From the NCBI GenBank assembly GCA_965205865.1, contig CBDBHR010000030.1, forward strand, positions 608,001-672,000: a stretch of DNA of 64,000 nt, given 5' to 3'. Source of the stretch: a bacterium (GTDB lineage: Bacteria; SAR324; NAC60-12). Below the pieces are notes generated by a model that did not search any database, was not told where the DNA came from, and was given only the letters and a program-made list of their open reading frames with translations. Position 1 is the first letter of the stretch, and each line of letters begins with the position of its first letter. Shown piece by piece: positions 34,486 to 43,562 of this stretch. The position numbers were made by a program, and so were the translations under genes.

Positions 34486-36273
34486 CTAATGCCCCATTTC
34501 TTTCTTCAGCGCACTATCAATCCAGAAGCGGGCGTACTGGACATAGAACTCCCCGCCCCCAAGGGCGCCTGAGTCCATTTCACCGTTATAGCCTATGAGC
34601 CACGGCTGGGCTAAATAGAATTGTGGACCTCTAGGACCAAATATATGCATGTGCTTCCCTATCGCGTACATATCTACCTCTGCAATCAGCCTCTTCTGCT
34701 CCTCAAGGGTCGGAGCGGCTAGGGCGGCGTCAACCATGGCATTAAGCTCATGCCACTGGTGTCCGGTCCTGTTAAAGGTCGGATGATCCGAGCGAAGCCA
34801 GAGTGCCATATCCTTAGGGTCAAACTTGGAGGCCGTAATGTCACTGTTGATGCCTTCAAAAGTACCCGAAGTTATCCTCTCGTTGTATTCGGCGTCGGTC
34901 AGAACATCAATCTCGACCTCGACGCCAATCTCAGCCCAGTAGGCGGCAGCTATTTCTGCAAAGTCTAAGCTTCCACCACCTGACGCGTAATTCAGAGTGG
35001 TCTTGAATCTAATGCCGTCTGCACCGCGCGGATATTCCGCCTCATCAAGGAGCTTCTCGGCAGCTGCCGGGTCATACCTGTACCATTGCTTGACCTCGGC
35101 GGGCCACTCATCAAATGGGATGTAATACCCTTTCACCCCTATCAACCCGAAAGGTGTCGGATCTGCTCGACCCGACCAGAGCGTAGCCGCCGAAGTCTTG
35201 TTGTCGAGTGCCATCTGCATTGCGTGGCGCACGTTGATGTCGTCAAAGGGCGGCTTGCGCACGTCAAGAGTAAAAGAATCATTCGACCGAAAATAGAAAA
35301 AGTGCGTCTCGATTTCGGGGTTGGTCCGCTGTACGCTCAGTACCGCGTCCAAATCAGTAACCTGCCGATGGTAATCAAGCTTGCCTGAGCGTAGTGCTGC
35401 CAAACTTGTTGATAACTCTGGAATGGCCAAAAGCTTTAACTCGTCAACGTAGGGCAAGCGGTTCTCCGGGTATTTTGGGTCGAAGCCCCAGTAGTCAGGA
35501 TTTTTGGTCCAGGTGACAGAGGCGCCCTCGACTCGGTCAGTCATCATAAAGGGCCCGGTGCCGACCAGGTTCCTCCAGTCCTTAACGTCGCCGTGTTGCT
35601 CGATTACCTCGGGGGGCATTATGAAACCAATGTGCCCGACGGTCATAAACCCCAGCGCAGGGAGGTATGGCTCCTTCAGCTTCATCACGACCGTCGCATC
35701 GTCGGTGGCCGTTATCGATTCCCATGGGACGGTTTTGCCTGCGTAAGCCATTACGGTCGGTCCGGCCTCGGTGAACTTGCCCAGACCCAACACCCGGTTG
35801 AAGTTGTATGCGACATCATCGGCAGTTAGCTCCCGACCGTTCATCGGTGCCTTATTATGCCAGCGAATGCCCGGGCGGATGTGGAAGGTATAGGTGAGCC
35901 CGTCCGGGGAAATTTCCCAGCTTTCCGCCAGCGCCCCTATTATGAATTCTTCAGGGATGAAGTGGCTTTTGAAGTCAAATACGTCCCTATCTATTCCCCA
36001 GTTCCCGATGCCCAGCTTCTCCACAACGCCCGAGACGGTGATGACCCCCCAGTTGAAATAGGGGTCAGGAGGCCAATCAGTAGCAATCCCAAACCCGTTG
36101 AAGGTGATTGTCCCGCCATACTCAGGTGCACTCACTACTTTTCCAGTGGTGGGATCCGTCACATACTTCTTCTCAGCAGCAACGGCTGCCGAACCAGTCC
36201 AAAGGACGATCAGACCCAGGATGAGGGCCGGCAGGGTTGCACTGAAGGTTGATTTGCTTTTTAGATTATCCAT
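34486..36273 (-). CDS. Family 5 ABC substrate-binding protein (paralog 1)
   Basis: Signal peptide, APEYGG, LAESWE, VGTGPF, NPDYW; ATG 36273 after AAGGA. Confidence 0.92.
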   Translation of the reverse strand: MDNLKSKSTFSATLPALILGLIVLWTGSAAVAAEKKYVTDPTTGKVVSAPEYGGTITFNGFGIATDWPPDPYFNWGVITVSGVVEKLGIGNWGIDRDVFDFKSHFIPEEFIIGALAESWEISPDGLTYTFHIRPGIRWHNKAPMNGRELTADDVAYNFNRVLGLGKFTEAGPTVMAYAGKTVPWESITATDDATVVMKLKEPYLPALGFMTVGHIGFIMPPEVIEQHGDVKDWRNLVGTGPFMMTDRVEGASVTWTKNPDYWGFDPKYPENRLPYVDELKLLAIPELSTSLAALRSGKLDYHRQVTDLDAVLSVQRTNPEIETHFFYFRSNDSFTLDVRKPPFDDINVRHAMQMALDNKTSAATLWSGRADPTPFGLIGVKGYYIPFDEWPAEVKQWYRYDPAAAEKLLDEAEYPRGADGIRFKTTLNYASGGGSLDFAEIAAAYWAEIGVEVEIDVLTDAEYNERITSGTFEGINSDITASKFDPKDMALWLRSDHPTFNRTGHQWHELNAMVDAALAAPTLEEQKRLIAEVDMYAIGKHMHIFGPRGPQFYLAQPWLIGYNGEMDSGALGGGEFYVQYARFWIDSALKKEMGH

Positions 36274-36610
36274 CTTTTTCCTTTCTGCTTTTTGATTAAA
36301 AACAAGATTAAGAATTGCTTTAAAACCTGCGTTCGTTCCCAAAAGCACGTTGTTGAGGATTTCTCTTTACATTGGGTCTCCTTCATTTTGGAGTGATCAA
36401 AAAACCGATTCATTGGCTCCAGGATGGGGCCATGAACCCTGAGCTTTCAATTCTCTTGAGGAATTTCTATTGGCTGAAATGAACTGAGGAATCTTAAGGA
36501 TCTCTCCCTCTCGGACTAGGCGTCGCCGTCGGGATGAGATAAGGGGGGACAACCCAATGAACTTGGGAACTGGGAGCTTGGAGCTTAGAACTTGGGGTGC
36601 CGGGTAATTG

Positions 36611-36639
36611 ATGATACTCGCATTTTAACCTTTTGTCAA
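36611..36639 (-). promoter_or_regulatory. Putative sigma70 promoter for SBP1 operon
   Basis: TTGACA-17-TATCAT; positionally equivalent TTGACA-18-TATACT at 54710-54739. Confidence 0.65.
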
Positions 36640-37345
36640 AATGTTTTTTATACTTGAAACGGGTTAATTTCAGACTTTCATGTCATCCTGATGGTCTGCC
36701 CGGTCCGCGTACGGGAAGCGGCAAAGCGAAGAATCGCCTTATTGCCTTTCCGTCAGCCCAAGGCGATTTCGTTGAAAATTATCAAAAAAGAAAAAAACAA
36801 GCCGAAATTCTTAAAAACCTCCAGCAAAAGGCGATTTCTTGAAAACTATCACAAAAGAACGATGATGACAAAATCCTGGTAGATTTCATGATCCCCTTCA
36901 GTATCCTCTCTATATAACAATATTGAGAGGAGGTCAATCAATTTTTTTTCTCCTCTTCACTCCTCAGTGGCGAGTGCTTGTCTCATCCAGGAGTTGATCC
37001 TGGCTGCTCTCTGTGTCAGTCCTTGAAAATACGGGGCAATCCTGCCCTTCCCGGAACGAAATGCATGGGATGCAGAGCGCATCATTTCAAGGAGTGATGC
37101 GCATTCAAAATAAGCAGCTTTCGCAAAAAGTTGATTGAGCTTGCTTAAGAGCGATTGAGTTGAGAAGTTTCCAAAACCATCAGCGCTTTGTGAAGAATTT
37201 CATCCCTCTTGACTCTTCCTCAACATGCATTGGCCCTCCCTCCTCTTCTTTCCCAGTTGAGAATCATTTTATATTGTTTCCTTTGGTGGCAATGTGTTAT
37301 CGTTTATTGTGATTCGACTAGTAACAATTCAAGAAGAAAAAAAAG

Positions 37346-37470
37346 TGCCAACAAAACGGTTCACTGGACGCCCACCCCTGCGCTTTTCACCAAGTTTTGT
37401 AGCAGGGTGTCCGTTCATCTCTATTCCAATGGTCATTATCGGGTGGGCGCAAGTGACCTTGACGTTCGAT
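37346..37470 (+). other. Integron attC-like site 1
   Basis: TGCCAAC-5 nt-GGTTCACT ... AGTGACC-5 nt-GTTCGAT with an extrahelical base in L''; homologous to 56594-56718. Confidence 0.75.
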
Positions 37471-37497
37471 TCGTGAAATATTCAAGAGATGAAGAAG

Positions 37498-37715
37498 TTA
37501 TTCACCATACATTTCTGTGATCATTCTTCTTAATAATTTGGGAGATTGGGTAGGGAGGTGATCAATTTTATTTTTCAAACGCTGCATACTAATGGCTCGG
37601 ATCTGATCAATGGCAATCTCTGAAGGAGTCCCCGCACAATCAACTTGAAGACGACTAGGCCCTTTTAAATGAAGCGCTGAGGTCAATGGGCAAACAACAA
37701 CCGTATTTGCTCCAA
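37498..37715 (-). pseudogene. PemK/MazF toxin C-terminal remnant
   Basis: NTVVVCPLTS...EIAIDQIRAIS..RL; N-terminus replaced by palindromic repeat DNA. Confidence 0.75.
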
Positions 37716-37728
37716 CGGAGTATCTCAT

Positions 37729-37913
37729 CATAGCATGGGGTGGAGCGTAGCGGAACCCTATGAGCAACCAAGGGCCAGAAATAGCACTCTGAAGGAGTGC
37801 TTCATCAACCAGATGGGGAGGGAGCCTGAAGCACTCTTGCAGCGTGCGATTTTCTGTATTTTTTCATTCCCTGGGTTGACACCCAGGGCTTTTATGGGAG
37901 TCCCCCTTCAGGA
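37729..37913. repeat. Cluster of short REP-like palindromes
   Basis: gcactctgaaggagtgc, ccctgggttgacacccaggg, ggggtggagcgtagcggaacccta. Confidence 0.5.
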
Positions 37914-38027
37914 GATGAGGAGGGGTGAGAAGAGAAAAACAGTCATCCGTTTCCGGTAAAAAACTCCCTCCCACCCGCTGGGCCGGAGGGAGGGAGGGAG
38001 GAACAGAGGCGAGTTTCGAGGTATTGT

Positions 38028-39842
38028 CTAGAACCCCATTTCTTTCTTCAGATCCTGGTCAATCCAGAGGCGGGCAAAAACGATAACAGCACCGTTATTA
38101 TCATGCAAGTCGGTTTCACCGTTAAAACCTTTGACCCACGGCCAAGACGCAGAGAACTGGGGTACTTTCGTACCCCACAGCACCAAGTGGTTCTCTACAA
38201 TATACATATTTGCCGCTTTAACCGCCCGCTGCTGCTCCTCGAGAGTCTTCGCCGCTGCCGCGGCTTCATACAAGGCCTCGTACGCCGGGAACCCGCCTCC
38301 GTGCAGGTTCATCCCTTGTAGCGAATGGTTCCGTAAGGGTTGGAGCACCTCTAAATAATCCATGCCCGAAGCCGTCCAGGCCAGACCTTCAAAATCATGT
38401 CCTGAAAAGATACGAGCGCCAGCAGTAGGGGCGTCCACTGCATCAATCTTGACCTCAATGCCGATCTTCGCCCAGTAGCCGACCACTAATTCGGTATATT
38501 CCACAGCCTGATGGACAACGCTGTGGACGACGTCGGTCTTGAACCTCACCCCGTCCGCGCCGCGCGGATATCCAGCCTCATCCAGGAGCTCCTCGGCCCT
38601 TTCCGGGTGATAGGTATATTCTTGCTGAAGCGCTTCAGGCCACTCTTCAAATGGGGTGTTGTACCCAACGACAGCATCCCCAATGAGGCCCTGAGGTTTC
38701 CACAATCCGTAGCCCCTATAGAAGGTGTTGTTAATGGTCTCGTGGTCCAGTGCCATCTGCATAGCCTTGCGCACCCGGATGTCGCTCAGTGGTGGCTTGA
38801 CTCCTTCCACAGCATAAGCCGTATTAGACCGGAAGACATACGGCCAAAGTTCGATTTCGGGGTTGGTCCGCTGGAGGCTCTCTACCTGGTCCATCGACTT
38901 GAGATCAGTACCGCCGGGCTTACCTATGATATCAACCTTACCCGAGCGGAGTGCCGCAATATAGGTTGCCACTTCTTTCATAAACAGCGTCCTTATCTCC
39001 TCAATATAGGGCAGGCGGTTCTGTGGGTATTTTTCGTCGGTGCCCCAGTAGTGAGGATTCTTGGTCCACCTCATTGAGCTGCCTTCGACATAGTCCCTCA
39101 GCTCATAGGGACCGGTGCCGACCACGTTCCGCCAATCCTTAACGTCGCCGTATTGCTCGATGACCTCGGGGGGCATTATATTTGAAGCCCAGTGGTTTAG
39201 GAACATCGTGAGCCTACCGAATGGTAGTGGCTCCTTCAGCTTATAAACAACCGTCCATTTGTCGGTGGCCGTTATCGATTCGACGGGGAGATTGACGAAG
39301 GCGTCACCATACTGCACCGGTGGCTTGTTTTCCGCGGTGAAGCCACTGCCAAGACCGTATACTCGGTGCAAGTTGTATTCGACATCAGAGGCAGTCAACT
39401 CCCGGCCGGACATCGGCGCCTTTTCATGCCAGTGAACCCCCTGGCGGATGTGCAAGATAATCGTGAGGGGGTCGGGCGTTTCCCAGCTTTCGGCCAACTG
39501 CCCTTTCATGACCCACAGAGGACGAAACGTGGGTGATCTCATGGCATATTCGTTCCGATCTATTCCCCAGTTCACGATGGCTAGGCTCTCTACAACGCCA
39601 CCGATGGCATTTACCGCCCAAGGATGGAAATGGGAGTCGAACGTCGGAGGCGTGATCTTCGAAGCAAAGGTGAGTGTCCCGCCATATTCAGGAGCGGTTA
39701 CTACCTTGCCTGTACTGGGATCGGTCACATACTTCTGAGCGGAAGCGGAGCTGACCCAGAAAGCAGTCACCATCAGGGTGAGGGTGAGCAACCAGGATTG
39801 CAGTTTTGCCGCAGACAAAGAGCCTGCCGGATTCAGCCCCAC
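38028..39842 (-). CDS. Family 5 ABC substrate-binding protein (paralog 2, no adjacent permeases)
   Basis: Same motifs as SBP1; start uncertain, possibly a 1-nt frameshift in the signal peptide near 39794. Confidence 0.85.
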   Translation of the reverse strand: MGLNPAGSLSAAKLQSWLLTLTLMVTAFWVSSASAQKYVTDPSTGKVVTAPEYGGTLTFASKITPPTFDSHFHPWAVNAIGGVVESLAIVNWGIDRNEYAMRSPTFRPLWVMKGQLAESWETPDPLTIILHIRQGVHWHEKAPMSGRELTASDVEYNLHRVYGLGSGFTAENKPPVQYGDAFVNLPVESITATDKWTVVYKLKEPLPFGRLTMFLNHWASNIMPPEVIEQYGDVKDWRNVVGTGPYELRDYVEGSSMRWTKNPHYWGTDEKYPQNRLPYIEEIRTLFMKEVATYIAALRSGKVDIIGKPGGTDLKSMDQVESLQRTNPEIELWPYVFRSNTAYAVEGVKPPLSDIRVRKAMQMALDHETINNTFYRGYGLWKPQGLIGDAVVGYNTPFEEWPEALQQEYTYHPERAEELLDEAGYPRGADGVRFKTDVVHSVVHQAVEYTELVVGYWAKIGIEVKIDAVDAPTAGARIFSGHDFEGLAWTASGMDYLEVLQPLRNHSLQGMNLHGGGFPAYEALYEAAAAAKTLEEQQRAVKAANMYIVENHLVLWGTKVPQFSASWPWVKGFNGETDLHDNNGAVIVFARLWIDQDLKKEMGF

Positions 39843-39942
39843 GAGAGGGGCAACGCATTACTTTATTATACTAATCATTGGTACCTCGTTCAATGGAGGG
39901 TGGCCAAAACGATTCACCCGTGGGGCGAATCGGATGAGGAAC

Positions 39943-40077
39943 GTAACTATTTAGGTCTCTGAAAAACCCGTTTATTAAATATCGTTAAAAAAGATTCCCG
40001 GAGAGGATCGATCGTTTTCAAGTCCTCCCACGATATTGTTCAATCGATCAGAAACCCTCTTCTTTCATAAACACAAC
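39943..40077. mobile_element. Terminal fragment of an IS66-family element, target of a second copy
   Basis: Begins GTAACTATTTAGG and is nearly identical to 40078-40213. Confidence 0.85.
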
Positions 40078-40102
40078 GTAACTATTTAGGTCTCTGAAAA
40101 AC

Positions 40103-40780
40103 CCGTTTAGTTAAATATCGTTAAAAAAGATTCCCGGAGAGGATCGATCGTTTTCAAGTCCTCCCACAATATTGTTCAATCGATCGGAAACCCTCTTCTT
40201 TCATGACAACAACTTAACGAAGGCGTGATTATAACACAATAAATAATGTCAACCCCCTGACGTAAAATTAATTCGGGATTCGCAAAAAAATTTAAAAAAA
40301 CAATAAATCTGCTCAAATCCGGGGACAGTCAGAAGCCGTTTAGTTCAATATCGGTAAAAAAAGATTCCCGAAGAGGATCCATCACTTCACTTCCTCCCGC
40401 ACCTATTTTGAATCGAACGGGCGAGAACCCTCCCAAGATTTTGTTCAATCGATCGGGAACCCTCTTTCACCAAAGCAACTCAGCGATGGCAAGATTATAA
40501 CACAAAACAACACAATATCAACCCCCTGACATAAAATAAATGCGGGATTCGCAAAAAAAAACAAAAAATCAATAAATCTGCTCAAATCCGGGGACAGTCA
40601 GAAGCCGTTCAGTTCAATAACATTGAAAAAAGATTCCCGGGAAGGATCCATCGTTTTCACATCCTCCCGGGGTATTGTTCAATCGATCAAGCGGGAACCC
40701 TCCCACAGCTAATTTTGAATCAAACGAGCGGAAATCCTCTCCTTCCCTGAAACAACAAGGCATGATTTCAGCACTACTAC
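40103..40780 (-). repeat. Three tandem ~233-269-bp units (promoter-like + structured segment + T-tract) inside the IS66
   Basis: Units start at 40103, 40336, 40605; further partial copies at about 39968-40077 and 55020-55227. Confidence 0.85.
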
Positions 40781-40869
40781 GCGGCGCAAAGCCTATAGCA
40801 AGTTTGGATCAGGAGAATTGCGCAACAATGGAGGTCAGCTATAAAAAGATATATTGCGGTCCATCTTCG

Positions 40870-41040
40870 GCATGAACCAAAAAGCGAATGTTCGCTCCAC
40901 AATCCAGCGTTTTTTCCAACGGCGATAATGATCGTAAACGCTTTGCCAGGGAGGTAAATCATGGGCAAGCATGCTCCACTGACAACTTGTTTTCAGGACA
41001 TACAAAATCGCATTGACGATGCTATGTTTGCTATGAATAC
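40870..41040 (-). pseudogene. Internally deleted IS5-family transposase remnant
   Basis: IVNAILYVLKTSCQW..LPPWQSVYDHYRRWK fused directly to KRWIVERTF; compare 42765-43562. Confidence 0.8.
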
Positions 41041-41084
41041 TTTTGGCCACGCAGGGGGCGGAACGTTTAAAAAAAAGGAGAGTT

Positions 41085-42611
41085 TCAGTAACAAAGAGGA
41101 GCATGTGAAGGATGCAAAGCCTGAGTGAGCATCTCGAGGATGGATTTCCCCTGTTTTCTGGTAGTGGAAATGGCTCCTCGGATGATACAAAAAGCCTGAG
41201 ATCCTTCAGCCGTTCGAAAGCCGCCGGAGATTTTTTGTTTCAGTTTAACCATGCGCACATCTCGCTCGGCTTGGTTGTTGTCAAAAGGAACCCGGAAGTC
41301 ATCCATGAATAACAAGGTTTCCTTTTCATAGAGGATCAAGCGATCGAGTAAATTTTTGGCTTTGCTCTGTTTGGGGCGTCCTCGTTTCTTTGTTTGAGGA
41401 GGGGGAGGATAGAGCTTAAGGGCTTCTTGGGTGATATCACGATAGCGTTGCCGGAAGTGATCGAGTTGGATTGGACTCAAAGCAGATTGTTCTTTGAACT
41501 TGGCTTGGTCTACTTGCTCTTTGATCTCTACCAGTAAGTCGCTCATCTCCTGAGCCCACAAGGCCTTTTCTTGTTGATAGGCCCGAGTGAGTTCACGTAA
41601 ATGATGCGCATTGCAAAAGCCATGATCACACTCATAATGCTGGTAGCTCTCCCAGTGATCATGAATGGCTGTCTTTTCAAACTGAGGCAGGATACCGGCA
41701 GCATCCATTCCGGCTTGACCCCGTTTGTCGTGGATAAAATAAAAGGTCAGCTCTTCGGTAGAGGCTGAATGAAGCCAGCGACGTTGTTTGTTTTCAAACA
41801 GAGAGGTTTCATCAAAATGAACCACCTCCGCTTGAATCAGAGCTTCAGCCACTTGTTGTTGCAAGGGATAAAGCCTATGGGCGGCTTGCCGGAGGCTAGC
41901 ATAAATCGTAGCCGCATTGAGCGGCTGGCCGAACAGATCCTCAAAGAATTGCTGGCATCGATCAAAGGGCAGAAACTGATATTGATTGAGATAAACCGCT
42001 AAGCCTTTGATCCGGGGACCATATTGAGTGGGTGCCTCTATCCCTGCTGGAAAGCTCGAGTGATTCAGATGCCGGCAGCAGGGACAAATTTTTTGTTCCA
42101 CCTGGTGTTCAGTAACCTCTAATTGCAGAGAGGGGAGATCGAACACCTGACGTTTATGCGTGGCCTCAACCGCCACCTTGGATAAATCTTCTCCACAAGT
42201 TTCACAGGTGTTGACAAAATGAGGCTCCACATGATCTGGTGATTCACTGAAAGCCAAATGATGGCCTTTATGACCGGGTTGACCTCCGCGAGAGCGACCC
42301 CTGCTTTTACGTAAGCTTTTGTTCTTTCGACTTTGATCGGTGGAAGGAGGTTTACTTGAGTTTTGGCTGTTGAGAACCAGCTGATCCCAAAGTTGCTTAT
42401 TTTCTGTTTCGAGAGCTTCAATACGCTTATTTTCTATTTCGAGACGTTCGAGGAGTTTTAATCGCTCTTTCTTCCATTGGTCCCGTTCTTCTTCAAAGAG
42501 TTGACAAGCTTCTTGAAGAGCCTCAAGGAGGGAAGTCGATGAAATGGAATTAATATTTTTTTTTTGAAATTTCGAGAGCATAAAATCCTTCCTGAATTTT
42601 ATGCTATGCAA
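41085..42611 (-). CDS. IS66 family transposase (TnpC)
   Basis: NSQNSSKPPSTD, Zn ribbon, HFDETS, CNAHHLREL, PFDNNQAERDVRMVKLKQKISG. Confidence 0.95.
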   Translation of the reverse strand: MHSIKFRKDFMLSKFQKKNINSISSTSLLEALQEACQLFEEERDQWKKERLKLLERLEIENKRIEALETENKQLWDQLVLNSQNSSKPPSTDQSRKNKSLRKSRGRSRGGQPGHKGHHLAFSESPDHVEPHFVNTCETCGEDLSKVAVEATHKRQVFDLPSLQLEVTEHQVEQKICPCCRHLNHSSFPAGIEAPTQYGPRIKGLAVYLNQYQFLPFDRCQQFFEDLFGQPLNAATIYASLRQAAHRLYPLQQQVAEALIQAEVVHFDETSLFENKQRRWLHSASTEELTFYFIHDKRGQAGMDAAGILPQFEKTAIHDHWESYQHYECDHGFCNAHHLRELTRAYQQEKALWAQEMSDLLVEIKEQVDQAKFKEQSALSPIQLDHFRQRYRDITQEALKLYPPPPQTKKRGRPKQSKAKNLLDRLILYEKETLLFMDDFRVPFDNNQAERDVRMVKLKQKISGGFRTAEGSQAFCIIRGAISTTRKQGKSILEMLTQALHPSHAPLCY

Positions 42612-42671
42612 ATTCCGTGCTTAAATCGAAGGGGGGCTCTAAAGAAACCTAAATAGTTACAACACAACTTA

Positions 42672-43537
42672 GAACCTGTTTGAAATAAGTTGAGCTTCCT
42701 ATTGGAAGTGTTCCATGTCACATTCATTTTGAGAAAAATGAAACCTTAATAACAAGGAGTGAACATGGAACGTTCAGGTTATAATAGTGATGTCAGTGAT
42801 AAACAATGGGAAAGACTTCAAGAGTACCTTCCCGAACTTTCAACTCGTGGAGCCCACCTTCGTAAATGGGAACTACGAGTTATCATAAACGCCATTTTGT
42901 ATGTAGTGACCACGGGTTGTCAATGGAGAATGCTTCCCAAAGATTTTCCTCCTTGGCAAAGTGTTTATTACCACTACAATAAATGGTGCAAGAACTACAC
43001 TTGGTTCCTGATTCACCAGTTTCTCCATCGGCAAACCCGAATAGAAATGGGCAGAGCTCCCGAACCCAGTGCTGCAATGATTGATAGTCAATCCGTCAAA
43101 ACCACGGAACTGGCTGATAGTCGAGGTTTTGATGGAAATAAACGAATCAAAGGGCATAAAAGGCATGTAGCTGTCGATATCTCGGGAATTCCTCTCATGG
43201 TTAAAGTCACTGATGCCAATGCCTCCGATTCCAAAAGTGCTTACGATCTTTTGGAATCGATGTTTAGCTGGTTCTTTTCGATTCAGATGATTTGGGCCGA
43301 CGGAGGTTATCGAGGGGAATTAGCCCAATGGTTATGGAATCGATTTCAATGTGAACTTGAGATCACTCTAAACCTCCAAGGAACGGGCTTTCAGGTCCTA
43401 CCGAAAAGGTGGATCGTCGAAAGAACCTTTTCCTGGTTTGGATGGTATCGAAGACTCAACATCGATTATGAAAGAAAAACAAAAAACTCTGAAAACATGA
43501 TCTATGTCGCTATGATTTGCTTGATGTTAAAGAGAAT
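42672..43537 (+). mobile_element. IS5-family element, right end lost to IS1595
   Basis: Left end GAACCTGTTTGAAAT follows TTA; no matching right end before the IS1595 TIR. Confidence 0.7.
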
Positions 43538-43562
43538 CGGAATGATAGACATTAAGGCTTAA
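42765..43562 (+). CDS. IS5 family transposase
   Basis: INAILYV..GCQWR.LP, IDSQSVKT, WADGGY, KRWIVERTFSW; last residues read into the IS1595 TIR. Confidence 0.92.
   Translation: MERSGYNSDVSDKQWERLQEYLPELSTRGAHLRKWELRVIINAILYVVTTGCQWRMLPKDFPPWQSVYYHYNKWCKNYTWFLIHQFLHRQTRIEMGRAPEPSAAMIDSQSVKTTELADSRGFDGNKRIKGHKRHVAVDISGIPLMVKVTDANASDSKSAYDLLESMFSWFFSIQMIWADGGYRGELAQWLWNRFQCELEITLNLQGTGFQVLPKRWIVERTFSWFGWYRRLNIDYERKTKNSENMIYVAMICLMLKRIGMIDIKA

Larger units (their letters stand above)
40078..42660 (-). mobile_element. IS66-family element (single-transposase, ISBst12-like)
   Basis: TIR GTAACTATTTAGGT(C/T)TCT 17/18; 8-bp duplication AACACAAC at 40070-40077 and 42661-42668. Confidence 0.92.

Noticed and set aside
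40329-40651. Two 17-aa minus-strand ORFs (MDPLRESFFTDIELNGF, MDPSRESFFNVIELNGF)
   Set aside because: ATG is ATC in the other units, changes are mostly non-synonymous, and the ORFs run through the putative terminator
40103-40780. CRISPR or TIGR array interpretation of the 36-bp modules
   Set aside because: At most two modules per unit, very short variable parts, and no Cas or Nop-domain gene in the window
40790-40850. ggcgcaaagcc resembling part of a c-di-GMP-I riboswitch
   Set aside because: The first hairpin with GNRA loop and the rest of the consensus are absent
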